The position numbers and the translations under genes were made by a program. Source: an uncultured Acidobacteriota bacterium (GTDB lineage Bacteria > Acidobacteriota > Vicinamibacteria > Vicinamibacterales > JAKQTR01). From it: a stretch of DNA of 64,000 bases. This document shows positions 38,520-47,803 of the stretch, piece after piece. The stretch's first letter is position 1. Every line of letters begins with the position of its first letter. Under the pieces are notes generated by a model. It was not told the DNA's origin and searched no databases. It saw only the letters and a list, made by a program, of their open reading frames with translations. The stretch is from the NCBI GenBank assembly GCA_963813325.1, contig CAWEYM010000001.1:75356-139355 (forward strand). Reading direction: 5' to 3'.

Positions 38520-38586
38520 TCGACGACCGTCGGGATTGTGTGGCGGTGTCGGCCCTGGTCGCGGGCCGCGGCGGGAGGCCACTGCG

Positions 38587-39891
38587 GTGAGGCTGGCCAG
38601 CACCACGGGCCGCGCGCCACTCGTGTCGTTTCGCGAGGCGCTCCTGCAGGGCCTGGCCCCCGACGGCGGCCTCTACATGCCGCTCGACTGGCCGCACTTC
38701 TCGCACGAGGAGATTGACGCGTGGCGAGGCCTGCCCTTTCCGGACCTGGCGGCACGCCTCGCGCAGGCCTGTCTCGGAGACGAGTTTCCGTCCGGGGACA
38801 TCGACCGGCTCGTGCGATCGGCCCTCGATTTCCCGGTGCCCCTGGTGCCGCTCGGCGACGGATTGTCCGTCCTCGAGCTGTTCCATGGCCCGACGCTCGC
38901 GTTCAAGGACTTCGGCGCCCGGTTCCTCGGCCGGTTCTTTGGCCACCTGCTCGCCCGGCGCGGCGAGCACGCCACGATCCTGGTGGCCACGTCTGGAGAC
39001 ACGGGCAGCGCGGTCGCCCACGGCTTCGCCGGCGTGCCAGGCGTCCGGGTTGTCGTGCTCTACCCGGCGGGCAAGGTCTCTCCGTTCCAGGAAGCGCAGA
39101 TGGCCACCATCGGCGGCAACGTCACCGCCGTCCGCGTGCCCGGCGTATTCGACGACTGCCAGCGGCTGGTGAAGGCCGCGTTCCTGGACGAGGCCCTGGC
39201 ACCACTGCGCCTGTCGTCGGCCAACTCGATCAACATCGGCCGCCTGCTGCCCCAGAGCTTCTACTACGTGGCCGCCTACCTCGCGGCCACCCGGGCGACG
39301 GGCGAGCCGGTGACCTTCGCGGTGCCGTCGGGCAACCTCGGCAACCTCACGGCCGGCCTCGTCGCGCAGCGGATGGGCCTCCCGGTCCATCACTTCATCG
39401 CCGCCACCAACGTGAACGACGTGCTGCCGGAGTTCCTGGAAACGGGCGTCTACCGCGCGCGCCCGTCGATCGCGACGCTGTCGAACGCGATGGACGTCGG
39501 CGACCCGAGCAACTTCCCCCGCGTGCTCGAGCTGTGCGGGGGATCCGCGGCCGGCGTGCGGGCGCGCGTCCACGGGATCGTCGTCGACGAGCCCGGTACC
39601 CGCGCGGCAATGCGCCGGGCGTTCGACCGTCATGGGCGCGTGTTCGATCCGCACGGCGCGGTGGGCTACGCGGCAGCGCTGCGCGAACGGGAGTCGGACG
39701 CCGCCGCCACGCCGGCCATCATCCTGGCCACCGCGCACCCCGCCAAGTTCGCGCAAGCTGTCGAGGATACGCTGGGGGTCGAGCCCGAACTGCCGCTCCA
39801 CGAGCGCGACTGGCGCTCGCGCCCGCTCCTGGCCGTCGATCTGCCCGACACCCGCCCCGCGACGTTCCGCGAGTTCCTGCTCGCGCGCTGA
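38587..39891 (+). CDS. thrC: Threonine synthase
   Basis: GTG 38587 gives (M)RLASTTGRAPLVSFREALLQGLAPDGGLYMP, a typical ThrC N-terminus. The PLP-lysine motif PTLAFKDFGARF is present. GGGAGG lies upstream. Confidence 0.9.
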   Translation: MRLASTTGRAPLVSFREALLQGLAPDGGLYMPLDWPHFSHEEIDAWRGLPFPDLAARLAQACLGDEFPSGDIDRLVRSALDFPVPLVPLGDGLSVLELFHGPTLAFKDFGARFLGRFFGHLLARRGEHATILVATSGDTGSAVAHGFAGVPGVRVVVLYPAGKVSPFQEAQMATIGGNVTAVRVPGVFDDCQRLVKAAFLDEALAPLRLSSANSINIGRLLPQSFYYVAAYLAATRATGEPVTFAVPSGNLGNLTAGLVAQRMGLPVHHFIAATNVNDVLPEFLETGVYRARPSIATLSNAMDVGDPSNFPRVLELCGGSAAGVRARVHGIVVDEPGTRAAMRRAFDRHGRVFDPHGAVGYAAALRERESDAAATPAIILATAHPAKFAQAVEDTLGVEPELPLHERDWRSRPLLAVDLPDTRPATFREFLLAR

Positions 39892-39985
39892 CGCTCGCGG
39901 CTCACGGCTCGCGGCTGGTGATTCACGGCCTGGCCCGCCTGCTCCAGCCGACCCGTTGCTGCCGCGGCGTTCGTGGGCGACCGGG

Positions 39986-41383
39986 CTACGGCCCCGCGCC
40001 CCCCGCGCCGGGGCGCGGCGTGGACACCGACGTGCGAGCGGCCGCGGCCACGATGCCGCTCAGGCCAATGAGGCCGACGATGTTCGGGAAGACCTGGAGG
40101 CCGTTCATCAGGTCGCCCCACGCCCACACGGTCTCGACGCTCAGCGTCGCGCCGAGCGGGATGAGCAGGCAATACACCCAGCGATACGGCAGCGCCACGC
40201 GCCGGCCCAGCAGGTACTCGAGGAACTGCTCCCCGTAGTACGCCCAGCCGATCAGCGTCGTGTAGCCGAACAGGAACGCGCAGAACGCGACGATCCAGCC
40301 CCCGACGCTCGGAATGGCCGTGTTGAACGCCTGGGCGACGACCGCCGTGCTGGTCTGGCCGGACCGCCAGACCCCGCTCACGAGGATGCTCAGCGCGCTG
40401 ATGGACGAGGTCACGAAGGAGACCACGAAGACCTCGATCACGGCGTTGAGGCCCTGTTGCGCCGGCTGCACCGAGCGGGCGGTGCCGTACGCCACCGCCG
40501 CGGTCCCGTACCCGGCCTCATTCGCGTAGATGCCGCGCGCGAGCCCGTACCGCATGGCGATGATGATCCCGATCCCGGCGCTGCTGCCGATCGCCGCCTT
40601 GAACGAGAACGCCTCCCGGAACACGGTCGCCAGCACGGAGGGCACCTGCGCGGCGTGCGTCAGGATGACGAACAGGCCGCCGAGCAGGTAGAGGCCGACC
40701 TTCAGCGGCGAGAGCGTCTCGGCGACCCGGCCGATCGACTTCACGCCGCCGATGATGACGAGCCACGTCAGCACACCGATCACGATGCCCGATACCAGCG
40801 TCGGCACGCCGAACTGGCTCCTGAGCACGATGGCCATGGAGTTCGGCTGGGTGAACGGCGTCGTGAACAGCGCCGCGAGAGCCGCGACCAGCGCGTAGGT
40901 CCCCGCCAGCCACCGCGAGTGCAACCCGTCGCGCAGGTAGTACATCGGGCCGGACGAGCTGACGTCCTTCCCCGCGACGCGAAACGTGACCCCGAGCACG
41001 GCCTCGGCGAACTTGATCGCCATCGCCACGAACCCGTAGGCCCAGATCCAGAAGAGCGCGCCCGGTCCGCCCGACACGATCGCGGTGGCCACGCCCGCGA
41101 TGTTCCCGGTCCCGATCGAGGCGGCGAGCGCGGTCATGAACGCCTGGAACGGCGACAGCGATCCGCGCGCGCCCGCGGTGGCCTTCGGGATCATCGTGCG
41201 CACGGCCTCCGGGAACCGGCGCACCTGCACGACACCTGTCCGGAACGTCAGGAAGAGCCCGGTCAGGATGAGCAGCACCATCAGGGGGCCGGGCACCGGG
41301 CCGATCGGCGTGGCCCACGGGCCCCAGACCGCATCGCTGGTCCAGAAGATCGCGCGGCGGAGGCTTTCCGGCATGGTCTGCAT
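39986..41383 (-). CDS. Alanine/glycine:cation symporter (AGCS family)
   Basis: Multi-TM protein with the AGCS-type motif SGGPGALFWIWAYGF. The start may be the fourth codon (ATG 41374); see the leaderless finding. Confidence 0.9.
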   Translation of the reverse strand: MQTMPESLRRAIFWTSDAVWGPWATPIGPVPGPLMVLLILTGLFLTFRTGVVQVRRFPEAVRTMIPKATAGARGSLSPFQAFMTALAASIGTGNIAGVATAIVSGGPGALFWIWAYGFVAMAIKFAEAVLGVTFRVAGKDVSSSGPMYYLRDGLHSRWLAGTYALVAALAALFTTPFTQPNSMAIVLRSQFGVPTLVSGIVIGVLTWLVIIGGVKSIGRVAETLSPLKVGLYLLGGLFVILTHAAQVPSVLATVFREAFSFKAAIGSSAGIGIIIAMRYGLARGIYANEAGYGTAAVAYGTARSVQPAQQGLNAVIEVFVVSFVTSSISALSILVSGVWRSGQTSTAVVAQAFNTAIPSVGGWIVAFCAFLFGYTTLIGWAYYGEQFLEYLLGRRVALPYRWVYCLLIPLGATLSVETVWAWGDLMNGLQVFPNIVGLIGLSGIVAAAARTSVSTPRPGAGGAGP

Positions 41384-41591
41384 CGTAGCACGCGTGCCAG
41401 CGCCGCGAGGCGGCCAGACGAATTCCTGCCGAGGGCGAGCGGTGGTTGGTTAAGATAGCGGAAATCCCTGTTGATGTACCCGTATCTGACATCGCGCGGC
41501 GGGCCGGCACCGGACGGGCCAGCGCCACGCCCGACAACGACCGCCGTCCCGCCCGACCGCCCGCCGCGGCCGGCCGGCTGCACGAATCGCC

Positions 41592-43004
41592 ATGGCTGAA
41601 ATGCGCGCCCGCATGCAGACGTTCGATCGCTCCATCGTCGAGGGCCCGATGGCCGCCGCCGTCTGGAAACTCGCCTGGCCGACCATGCTCCAGAACGTCA
41701 TCGCGGGGCTGCAGGGCATCATCGACCATGCGATGGTCGGGCACTTTGTCGGCTACACGTCCAACGCCGCCATCGGCGTCAGCTGGCAGATCTTCCTCGT
41801 CGTCATCGTCTTCATCGTGTCCCTGTATTCGGGCATGGGCGTCCTGGTGGCCCGCTTCGCGGGGGCCGGCGAACCCGCGAAGGTGAACCGGGTCGTCCAC
41901 CAGGCGTTCCTCACGTCGCTGGCCTTGTCGGCGATCCTGGCGGTGGCCGGCTGGGTGCTGGCGCCCTACCTGCTCGACGTCGTCCACGCAGCGCCGCCCG
42001 TCAAGGCCGCGGCCATGCCGTTCCTCCGGACGCTGTTCGTCGGCAACGTGGGCATGCTCGTGTTCTTCATGCTGGGGGGCGCGTTTCGCGCGGCGGGCGA
42101 CGCGCGCACGCCGCTCAGGCTCGGCATCGCCGCCACGGTCATGAACGCGGCATTCAACGTGGTCCTGATCCCCGGGCTGGGTCCCATCCCCCGCCTCGGC
42201 GCGTTCGGCGCGTCGCTCGGCACCGTCACCGCGAACCTCATCGTGGCCGCCATCGGCCTGGCGATGGTGCGGTCCGGCCGGTACGCCGTGCAGGTGCCTC
42301 GCCCGATTACGTTCAGACCGGACTGGACGATCATCCGGTCGATCTTCCGGTTTGGCCTCCCGACCGGGCTCCAGGGCATCGCGATGAACGTGGCGGGCGT
42401 CATGCTCCTGCGGTTCATCGGCTCGCTCGAGCAGAGCGCCGAGGCGCAGGCCGCGTACGCGGTGTGCTACACCGAGCTGTTTTCGCTGATTACGTGGACC
42501 TCGGTCGGCCTGATGGGCGCAGCGGGGGCCGTCGCGGGCCAGAATCTCGGCGCCGGGCGACCCGATCGAACGACGGGTGCCGCCTTCGCGGCCTCGCGGA
42601 TCGGCCTGCTCGTCGCGGCCGTCGTCGGCGCGATGTTCGTGTGGATCCCGGACGTGCTGCTGGGGATCTTCGGGCTGAATGACAGCCAGGTCGTCGCGAT
42701 CGGCACCGTGCTGCTGCGCTACCTCAGCGTCTCGGGGTTCTTCATCACCGTGGCGCTGTCCTACACCGGCGCGCTCCAGGGCACCGGGGACACCAAGGGC
42801 CCGTTCTACATCTCGCTCGTCTCGCAGATCGGCGTGCCAATCGGCCTGTGCTTTGCTCTCGACGCCGCGCGCGGCCTGCAGGCCGCCGACATCTGGCTCG
42901 CCATCGTGATCGGGCACGTCACGCGTTGCGGGCTGAGCGTGCTGCGATTCCGACAGGGCAAGTGGCGGAACATCGCGGTGGACATCGAACCCGCGCGGGC
43001 CTGA
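41592..43004 (+). CDS. MATE-family efflux transporter
   Basis: 470 aa with a 12-TM pattern and a NorM/DinF-like N-terminus (WKLAWPTMLQNVIAGLQGIIDHAMVG). Confidence 0.9.
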   Translation: MAEMRARMQTFDRSIVEGPMAAAVWKLAWPTMLQNVIAGLQGIIDHAMVGHFVGYTSNAAIGVSWQIFLVVIVFIVSLYSGMGVLVARFAGAGEPAKVNRVVHQAFLTSLALSAILAVAGWVLAPYLLDVVHAAPPVKAAAMPFLRTLFVGNVGMLVFFMLGGAFRAAGDARTPLRLGIAATVMNAAFNVVLIPGLGPIPRLGAFGASLGTVTANLIVAAIGLAMVRSGRYAVQVPRPITFRPDWTIIRSIFRFGLPTGLQGIAMNVAGVMLLRFIGSLEQSAEAQAAYAVCYTELFSLITWTSVGLMGAAGAVAGQNLGAGRPDRTTGAAFAASRIGLLVAAVVGAMFVWIPDVLLGIFGLNDSQVVAIGTVLLRYLSVSGFFITVALSYTGALQGTGDTKGPFYISLVSQIGVPIGLCFALDAARGLQAADIWLAIVIGHVTRCGLSVLRFRQGKWRNIAVDIEPARA

Positions 43005-43007
43005 AAA

Positions 43008-43034
43008 CGAAAAAGGGGCCAGGCCCCTTTTTCG
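43008..43034. terminator. Bidirectional rho-independent terminator between the MATE gene and the PKD lipoprotein gene
   Basis: CGAAAAAGGGGCC-a-GGCCCCTTTTTCG is a perfect 13-bp palindrome with A/T runs on both sides, lying between convergent genes. Confidence 0.85.
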
Positions 43035-43071
43035 CTTTCGTGTCGCGCGCCGCGCCGCCGCGCCGGGGCGG

Positions 43072-43809
43072 CTACCCGATCTTGTCCAGCGTCGTCGACT
43101 GCCCGCCGAAGCCCGAGTTGAAGACGCCGCCCACGACCTTGCTGCCGGGCGCCTGCATGTCGCCCCGGAAATAGAAATCGAGGAAGACGCCGGCTTTGAA
43201 GCGGATGGAGACGTGCCCGTTCGCGTTGAAGGTGCCAGGCTCGGCCGGATCCGTCTTGCCGGTCAGGCCCCTCGCGCCGTTGCAGAACCCGTTCGGCATC
43301 TCGAACGTGCCGGTCACCGTGCCGCCGGACTGCGCCAGCGTCATGGTGAAGTCCTGGTTCTGCCCCGGGCACGCCGTCGTCGTCAGGCGCCACCGGCCCG
43401 CCATCGTGCCGACGTTGATCGTGCGGGTGTCGGACCCCGTGGCCGTCTGCACCGCCCCCTGGGCGGACTTGCCGTCGCTCACCGTCAGGCGCACGGTCAT
43501 CGCCCCGCCGCCGGTGTAGAGCTTGCTGACGTTCTGTCCGCCCGACTGGGTTCCGTCGCCGAAGTCCCACGTGTACGTGAGGCTGTCGTTGTCGGGATCA
43601 GTCGCGGAGCCGGCCATCGCGAACGACGTCAACTGGGAGATCCCGAAACTCGGCGTGATATTCATGCCCGTGACGCTCGGAGCCCGGTTCGGCGTCGGCG
43701 CCGGCGGCGTCGGTGTCGGCGTGGTGGGACTGCTGTTGCTGCTGCCACCGCACGCAGCGAGCCCGATGAAGAGGACGGGAACCACGAGCGAGCGAACCCA
43801 CGACCGCAT
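43072..43809 (-). CDS. PKD-domain lipoprotein
   Basis: Lipobox FIGLAACGG, a Pro/Thr linker and a PKD motif DSLTYTWDFGDGT. The C-terminal ~110 aa are unassigned. AAAGGAGA lies before the ATG. Confidence 0.8.
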   Translation of the reverse strand: MRSWVRSLVVPVLFIGLAACGGSSNSSPTTPTPTPPAPTPNRAPSVTGMNITPSFGISQLTSFAMAGSATDPDNDSLTYTWDFGDGTQSGGQNVSKLYTGGGAMTVRLTVSDGKSAQGAVQTATGSDTRTINVGTMAGRWRLTTTACPGQNQDFTMTLAQSGGTVTGTFEMPNGFCNGARGLTGKTDPAEPGTFNANGHVSIRFKAGVFLDFYFRGDMQAPGSKVVGGVFNSGFGGQSTTLDKIG

Positions 43810-43926
43810 ATAGGGGTCTCCTTTCCACGAAACGAGGGCAGGGTCCGCGAGGCACCCGTCGCGCTGCCGATATCACGACGGACCTTGGGGGCGGTGGTGC
43901 CAATCAACCTACGCGAGTCGGCCAAG

Positions 43927-43955
43927 ATCATCGGCTTCGGTGGCGGCTTTGTCAA
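43927..43955 (-). promoter_or_regulatory. Putative promoter of the PKD lipoprotein gene
   Basis: The minus strand reads TTGACA, a 17-nt spacer, then GATGAT. This implies a ~115-125 nt leader. Confidence 0.35.
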
Positions 43956-44015
43956 CGCGAAACACCGCGCGAAGAACCGCGCGGACACGCGGACGCGCGG
44001 GGCGGGTGCGCACGC

Positions 44016-44123
44016 GACCCCGGGGCTCACATGTGATGAGCAGGTCCGATCCCGGCACGCGGGCTGAAGCCCGCGCGCGACATTTCCGGCGCGTCGTCAA
44101 CTCAACCGGGCGCCGGGCTCAGC
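44016..44123 (-). repeat. Structured intergenic repeat, copy B (abuts the stop of rluD)
   Basis: Same element as 1166..1265. The identical 25-mer GGCACGCGGGCTGAAGCCCGCGCGC occurs in both copies. Confidence 0.7.
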
Positions 44124-45075
44124 CGGGTGGCCCCGCGCGCAGCAGCGCCAGCAGCCGCGACAGATCCTCGGGCAGCGGGGCCGTGAACACCGCCTGGCGT
44201 CCGTCCTCCGGGTGCACGAACCCGAGGCGCCACGCATGCAGCGCCTGCCGGTCCAGCGTGGGCGAATCTGGAGGCTCCGGGGGAAACCCGTGCCGGTACT
44301 GGCGCTCGCCGACCAGCGGGTGGCCGCGCATGCCGGCCTGCACGCGAATCTGGTTCCGTTTCCCCGTCACCAGCGACACCTCGATCAGCGCGAACGACGC
44401 GAACTGCTCCAGGACGACGTAATGTGCGATGGCGTCCTTGGCCCGCGCGTCGCGCCCGTGGGCCCGGCGCTGCAGGAGCGACTCGCTGTCCCACGACAGC
44501 CGGTCCGTCCAGGTGCCGCGCTGCGGCGTCACCCGCCCGTGGACCACCGCCTGGTAGACCCGCAGCGGTGTTCGCTGCTCGAACTGGGCCTGCAGGGAGT
44601 CCCGGGCCGCGGGCGTCCGCGCGAACAGCACGAGCCCGCTCGTGTCGCGGTCGATCCGATGCACCACGTAGGTCCGCGCCCGGACGTGTTGACTGAAGTG
44701 GTCTCCGAGCAGGTGCGCGACCGTCACCTCGTCGTCCCCGTGGCCGGGCAGCGGCTCGACGAGCAGGCCGGGCGGCTTGTCGACGACGACGACGGCCCGG
44801 TCCTCGTGGATAACGTGGAGCAGGGGCCGGGCGTCGTGCACCGCGCGATCGACCGCGCGGGCCGAACCGGGACGGTCCACCCACAACCCCACGCTGTCGC
44901 CGGGCCGCAGCTTGCGCCCGGCGCGCGCCGGCTCGACGGCGGCGCCGTTGAGATACACCTTGCCGCGCGCGATCCATTCGGAGGCCCGGCCTCGCGATCC
45001 CACCTCCTGCTGGCGGGCGAGCCAGGCATCCAGTCGCGTGCCGGCGTCGGCGGCGGTGATGGTCCAGTCTTTCAA
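44119..45075 (-). CDS. rluD: RluA-family 23S rRNA pseudouridine synthase (RluD-like, S4 domain)
   Basis: S4-like N-terminus (GTRLDAWLA...KVYLNG) and catalytic motif HRIDRDTSGLVLFART. It has a TTG start. Confidence 0.85.
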   Translation of the reverse strand: MKDWTITAADAGTRLDAWLARQQEVGSRGRASEWIARGKVYLNGAAVEPARAGRKLRPGDSVGLWVDRPGSARAVDRAVHDARPLLHVIHEDRAVVVVDKPPGLLVEPLPGHGDDEVTVAHLLGDHFSQHVRARTYVVHRIDRDTSGLVLFARTPAARDSLQAQFEQRTPLRVYQAVVHGRVTPQRGTWTDRLSWDSESLLQRRAHGRDARAKDAIAHYVVLEQFASFALIEVSLVTGKRNQIRVQAGMRGHPLVGERQYRHGFPPEPPDSPTLDRQALHAWRLGFVHPEDGRQAVFTAPLPEDLSRLLALLRAGPPG

Positions 45076-45083
45076 CGGGAGCG

Positions 45084-45112
45084 ATTGTACCGCAGCCGAG
45101 GCGTGCTACCGT
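45084..45112. promoter_or_regulatory. Back-to-back -10 boxes in the 45-bp rluD/pcs divergent spacer
   Basis: TACAAT on the minus strand (45084..45089) lies 8 nt before the rluD TTG. TGcTACCGT on the plus strand (45104..45112) lies 8 nt before the pcs ATG. Confidence 0.4.
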
Positions 45113-45120
45113 GATGACCC

Positions 45121-45858
45121 ATGAGCCAGGCGGATCCTGTGCCCCGTCGCACCGGCGGCGCACCGGCCGGCGCGATTATCGCTGCGTGGTCGGTACATCT
45201 CTACACGGCGTCCGGCGCCCTGCTGGGTCTGCTGGCCTTGCTGGCGGTCGAGGACGCCGACTACCGCCGGGCGTTCCTGTGGCTCATCGCCGCGACGGTG
45301 GTCGATGGCACGGATGGATGGCTTGCCCGTCTGGCCCGGGTCAGGGAGCGCGCCCCGCAGATCGACGGCGCGCGGCTGGACGACGTGGTGGACTACCTGA
45401 CGTACGTGTTCGTGCCAGCCGTCCTCATGGTGCGGGCCGGCATGCTGCCCGAGGGGTGGTCGTGGACCGTGGCCGCCGTGGTGCTGCTGGCCAGCGCGTT
45501 CGGCTTCAGCCGGACGGATGCCAAGAGTGTCGACCACTGCTTTACCGGCTTCCCGTCGTACTGGAACGTCGTCGCGCTCTACCTCTACGTGGCGGCGTGG
45601 CCGCCGACCGTGAACGCGGCGATCGTGCTGGGGCTGGCGGCACTGGTCTTCGTTCCCATGGGCTACGTCTACCCGTCGAGGACGCCGACGCTGCGACCGC
45701 TGACCGTGGGCCTGGCATGCGCCTGGGCCGTGCTGGTGGTCGCGATGGTCTGGCGCATCCCGACGGTTCCATCGTGGCTGCTGTGGGTGTCGCTCCTGTT
45801 TCCTGCGTACTACACGGTCTTGTCGATCGTCCTGCACGCGCGTCGATCGCGGGTGTGA
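45121..45858 (+). CDS. pcs: CDP-alcohol phosphatidyltransferase, phosphatidylcholine synthase-like
   Basis: DGTDGWLAR...GARLDDVVDYLTYVFVPA matches the CDP-alcohol motif D-G-x2-A-R...G-x3-D-x3-D. The Pcs-like blocks SVHLYTASG and FTGFPSYWN and the ~245-aa multi-TM size also fit. Confidence 0.75.
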   Translation: MSQADPVPRRTGGAPAGAIIAAWSVHLYTASGALLGLLALLAVEDADYRRAFLWLIAATVVDGTDGWLARLARVRERAPQIDGARLDDVVDYLTYVFVPAVLMVRAGMLPEGWSWTVAAVVLLASAFGFSRTDAKSVDHCFTGFPSYWNVVALYLYVAAWPPTVNAAIVLGLAALVFVPMGYVYPSRTPTLRPLTVGLACAWAVLVVAMVWRIPTVPSWLLWVSLLFPAYYTVLSIVLHARRSRV

Positions 45859-46022
45859 CAGCCGTCCCTGCTGCGTCGGCGGCGCCCCGCCTGGGGCCAC
45901 CGCCGCTGGCGCGCCACGTTTGCACGCTCGCACGCTCCAGGCCCACCCGGGCGGACACCGTTGCTGTATATAATGGAGTGCGCCTCCCAGTCAGCCTTAT
46001 CCCGCTCGCCAAGGAGCCCGGT

Positions 46023-47744
46023 GTGAAGCGAACCCTGATGTTTGCGGTCGCGATGGCGGTGGTGTCGGGTGGGGTGTCCCTCGCCGCCCAGGGCCCGCCG
46101 CCAAAACCGAGCTCCGGCCCGACCGTGGTCGCGCCAACGCGCGTGGTGCTGCCGACAAAGGTCGATCAGTCGCCCGCCCTGAGAGACATCCCGACGGTGC
46201 ACCTCGAGGCGGCCACCAGCATCCGCGTCATGCCCGAGCACGAGTGGGTTCGCGAGCCGGCAGCCGGCGTGCGACCCTCGGTCGATCCCGTCGTGCAGAC
46301 ATCCACGCCGGGCCCTCGCGCGCCCGCCCCGCTCCGCAGGTTCGAGGGCATCAATAACCTGCAGGGCTACCTGCCGCCCGACACCAACGGCGATGTCGGC
46401 CCGCAGCATTACGTGCAGACGGTCAACATCATGATGGCGGTCTTCAGCAAGACGACCGGCACGATGCTGTACGGGCCAGCGCCGATCAACACGCTCTGGG
46501 CGGGATTTGGGGGACCGTGCGAGGCAACGAACAACGGGGACCCCGTGGTCCTGTACGACCGGGCCGCGGACCGCTGGCTGATCAGCCAGTTCTCCTTCCC
46601 GAACGGCTCGACCGTCGGCCCATACTACCAGTGCCTCGCCGTGTCACAGTCCGGCGATCCGACCGGCAGCTACTACCGCTACGCCTACAAGATGAGCGAC
46701 ACCAAGCTGAACGACTACCCGCACCTCGGCGTGTGGCCGGACGGGTACTACATGTCGTTCAACCAGTTCGTCTGGAGCGGTTTCTTCTGGAGCTGGGGCG
46801 GGGCGGGCGCGGCCGCATTCGAGCGCGCGAAACTGCTCACCGGGGATCCTGGCGCCGGGATGCTGTACTTCGATCTGCACGCGGTCGACGCCGCCCTCGG
46901 CGGCATGCTGCCGACCACGGTCATCGGCGCGACCGCGCCGCCGGAGGGGGCCCCGAACTACTTCATGCACTTCGACGACAACTACTGGGGCTACCCGCAG
47001 GACCAGCTGGAGATCTGGCAGTTCCACGCGGACTGGGCCACGCCCGCCAACTCCACGTTTTCGGGACCGACGATCCTGGCCACGGCTCCCTTCAACTCGA
47101 ACATCGCGAGGGAAGTTCCGCAACCGGGCACCGCGCAGCGCCTCGACCTGCTCAATGACCGGCTGATGCACAGCCTGCCCTACCGGAACCGCGGCGCGTT
47201 CGCGTCGGTCCTGACCAACCACACGGTCAAGGCCAGCCTGAACCGCGCGGGCATCCGCTGGTACGAGATCCGGATACCCACCAGCGGCAGCTCCGCGCCG
47301 ACGATCTTCCAGCAGGGGACCTACGCGCCCGGTGCGTCGCTCTGGCGATGGATGGGCAGCCTCAGCATGGATCACGCTGGCAATATCGCGCTGGGCTACA
47401 GCGCCTCGAGCGCCAAATCGTACCCGTCGATTCGCTATGCCGCCCGGCCGGCGACGGCGACCACGAAGGGCCGGCTGTCCGGCGAGCTTGTCATGAAGGC
47501 GGGCGGCGGCTCGCAGACCCACCCGGCCGGACGCTGGGGCGACTACAGCATGATGAGCATCGACCCGGCCGACGACTGCACGTTCTGGTTCACGACCGAG
47601 TACCTGGCCCTGATGGGGACCCCGGGGAACGAGGCGCCGTGGCGCACGCGAATCGGCGCGTTCAAGTTCCCGACGTGCACGCCCGTGGTCGCGCCGGAAG
47701 GCGGCGCCGGAACCGCCGGCGGCCCCGGCGCCGGATCGCGGTAG
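46023..47744 (+). CDS. Secreted hypothetical protein (573 aa, probable beta-propeller-like)
   Basis: GTG 46023 lies 6 nt after AAGGAG and gives signal peptide (M)KRTLMFAVAMAVVSGGVSLAAQG. The protein has non-shadow composition (PPDTNGDVGPQHYVQTVN, GRWGDYSMMSIDP). I recognise no family. The upstream 304 codons of the track ORF overlap pcs and were rejected. Confidence 0.75.
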   Translation: MKRTLMFAVAMAVVSGGVSLAAQGPPPKPSSGPTVVAPTRVVLPTKVDQSPALRDIPTVHLEAATSIRVMPEHEWVREPAAGVRPSVDPVVQTSTPGPRAPAPLRRFEGINNLQGYLPPDTNGDVGPQHYVQTVNIMMAVFSKTTGTMLYGPAPINTLWAGFGGPCEATNNGDPVVLYDRAADRWLISQFSFPNGSTVGPYYQCLAVSQSGDPTGSYYRYAYKMSDTKLNDYPHLGVWPDGYYMSFNQFVWSGFFWSWGGAGAAAFERAKLLTGDPGAGMLYFDLHAVDAALGGMLPTTVIGATAPPEGAPNYFMHFDDNYWGYPQDQLEIWQFHADWATPANSTFSGPTILATAPFNSNIAREVPQPGTAQRLDLLNDRLMHSLPYRNRGAFASVLTNHTVKASLNRAGIRWYEIRIPTSGSSAPTIFQQGTYAPGASLWRWMGSLSMDHAGNIALGYSASSAKSYPSIRYAARPATATTKGRLSGELVMKAGGGSQTHPAGRWGDYSMMSIDPADDCTFWFTTEYLALMGTPGNEAPWRTRIGAFKFPTCTPVVAPEGGAGTAGGPGAGSR

Positions 47745-47803
47745 GTCGCGACTCGTTCGCCGCCTCGTGCCGTGCGCGGGGCGGCCAGCTTCCAGGAGCC
47801 ACC

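Noticed and set aside
38323-38586. Long N-terminal extension of thrC that overlaps thrB.
   Set aside because: The sequence is shadow-like. GTG 38587 with GGGAGG upstream reproduces the canonical ThrC N-terminus.
41384-41591. Possible glycine riboswitch upstream of the alanine/glycine symporter.
   Set aside because: There are no ACCGAAGG/CUCUGGAGAG-type conserved segments in the 5' region. The spacer looks like a plain divergent promoter region.
45111-46022. N-terminal 304 codons of the 877-aa track ORF, which overlap pcs in another frame.
   Set aside because: The sequence is low-complexity and Arg-rich. The protein-like part starts at GTG 46023, which has AAGGAG 6 nt upstream and yields a proper signal peptide.
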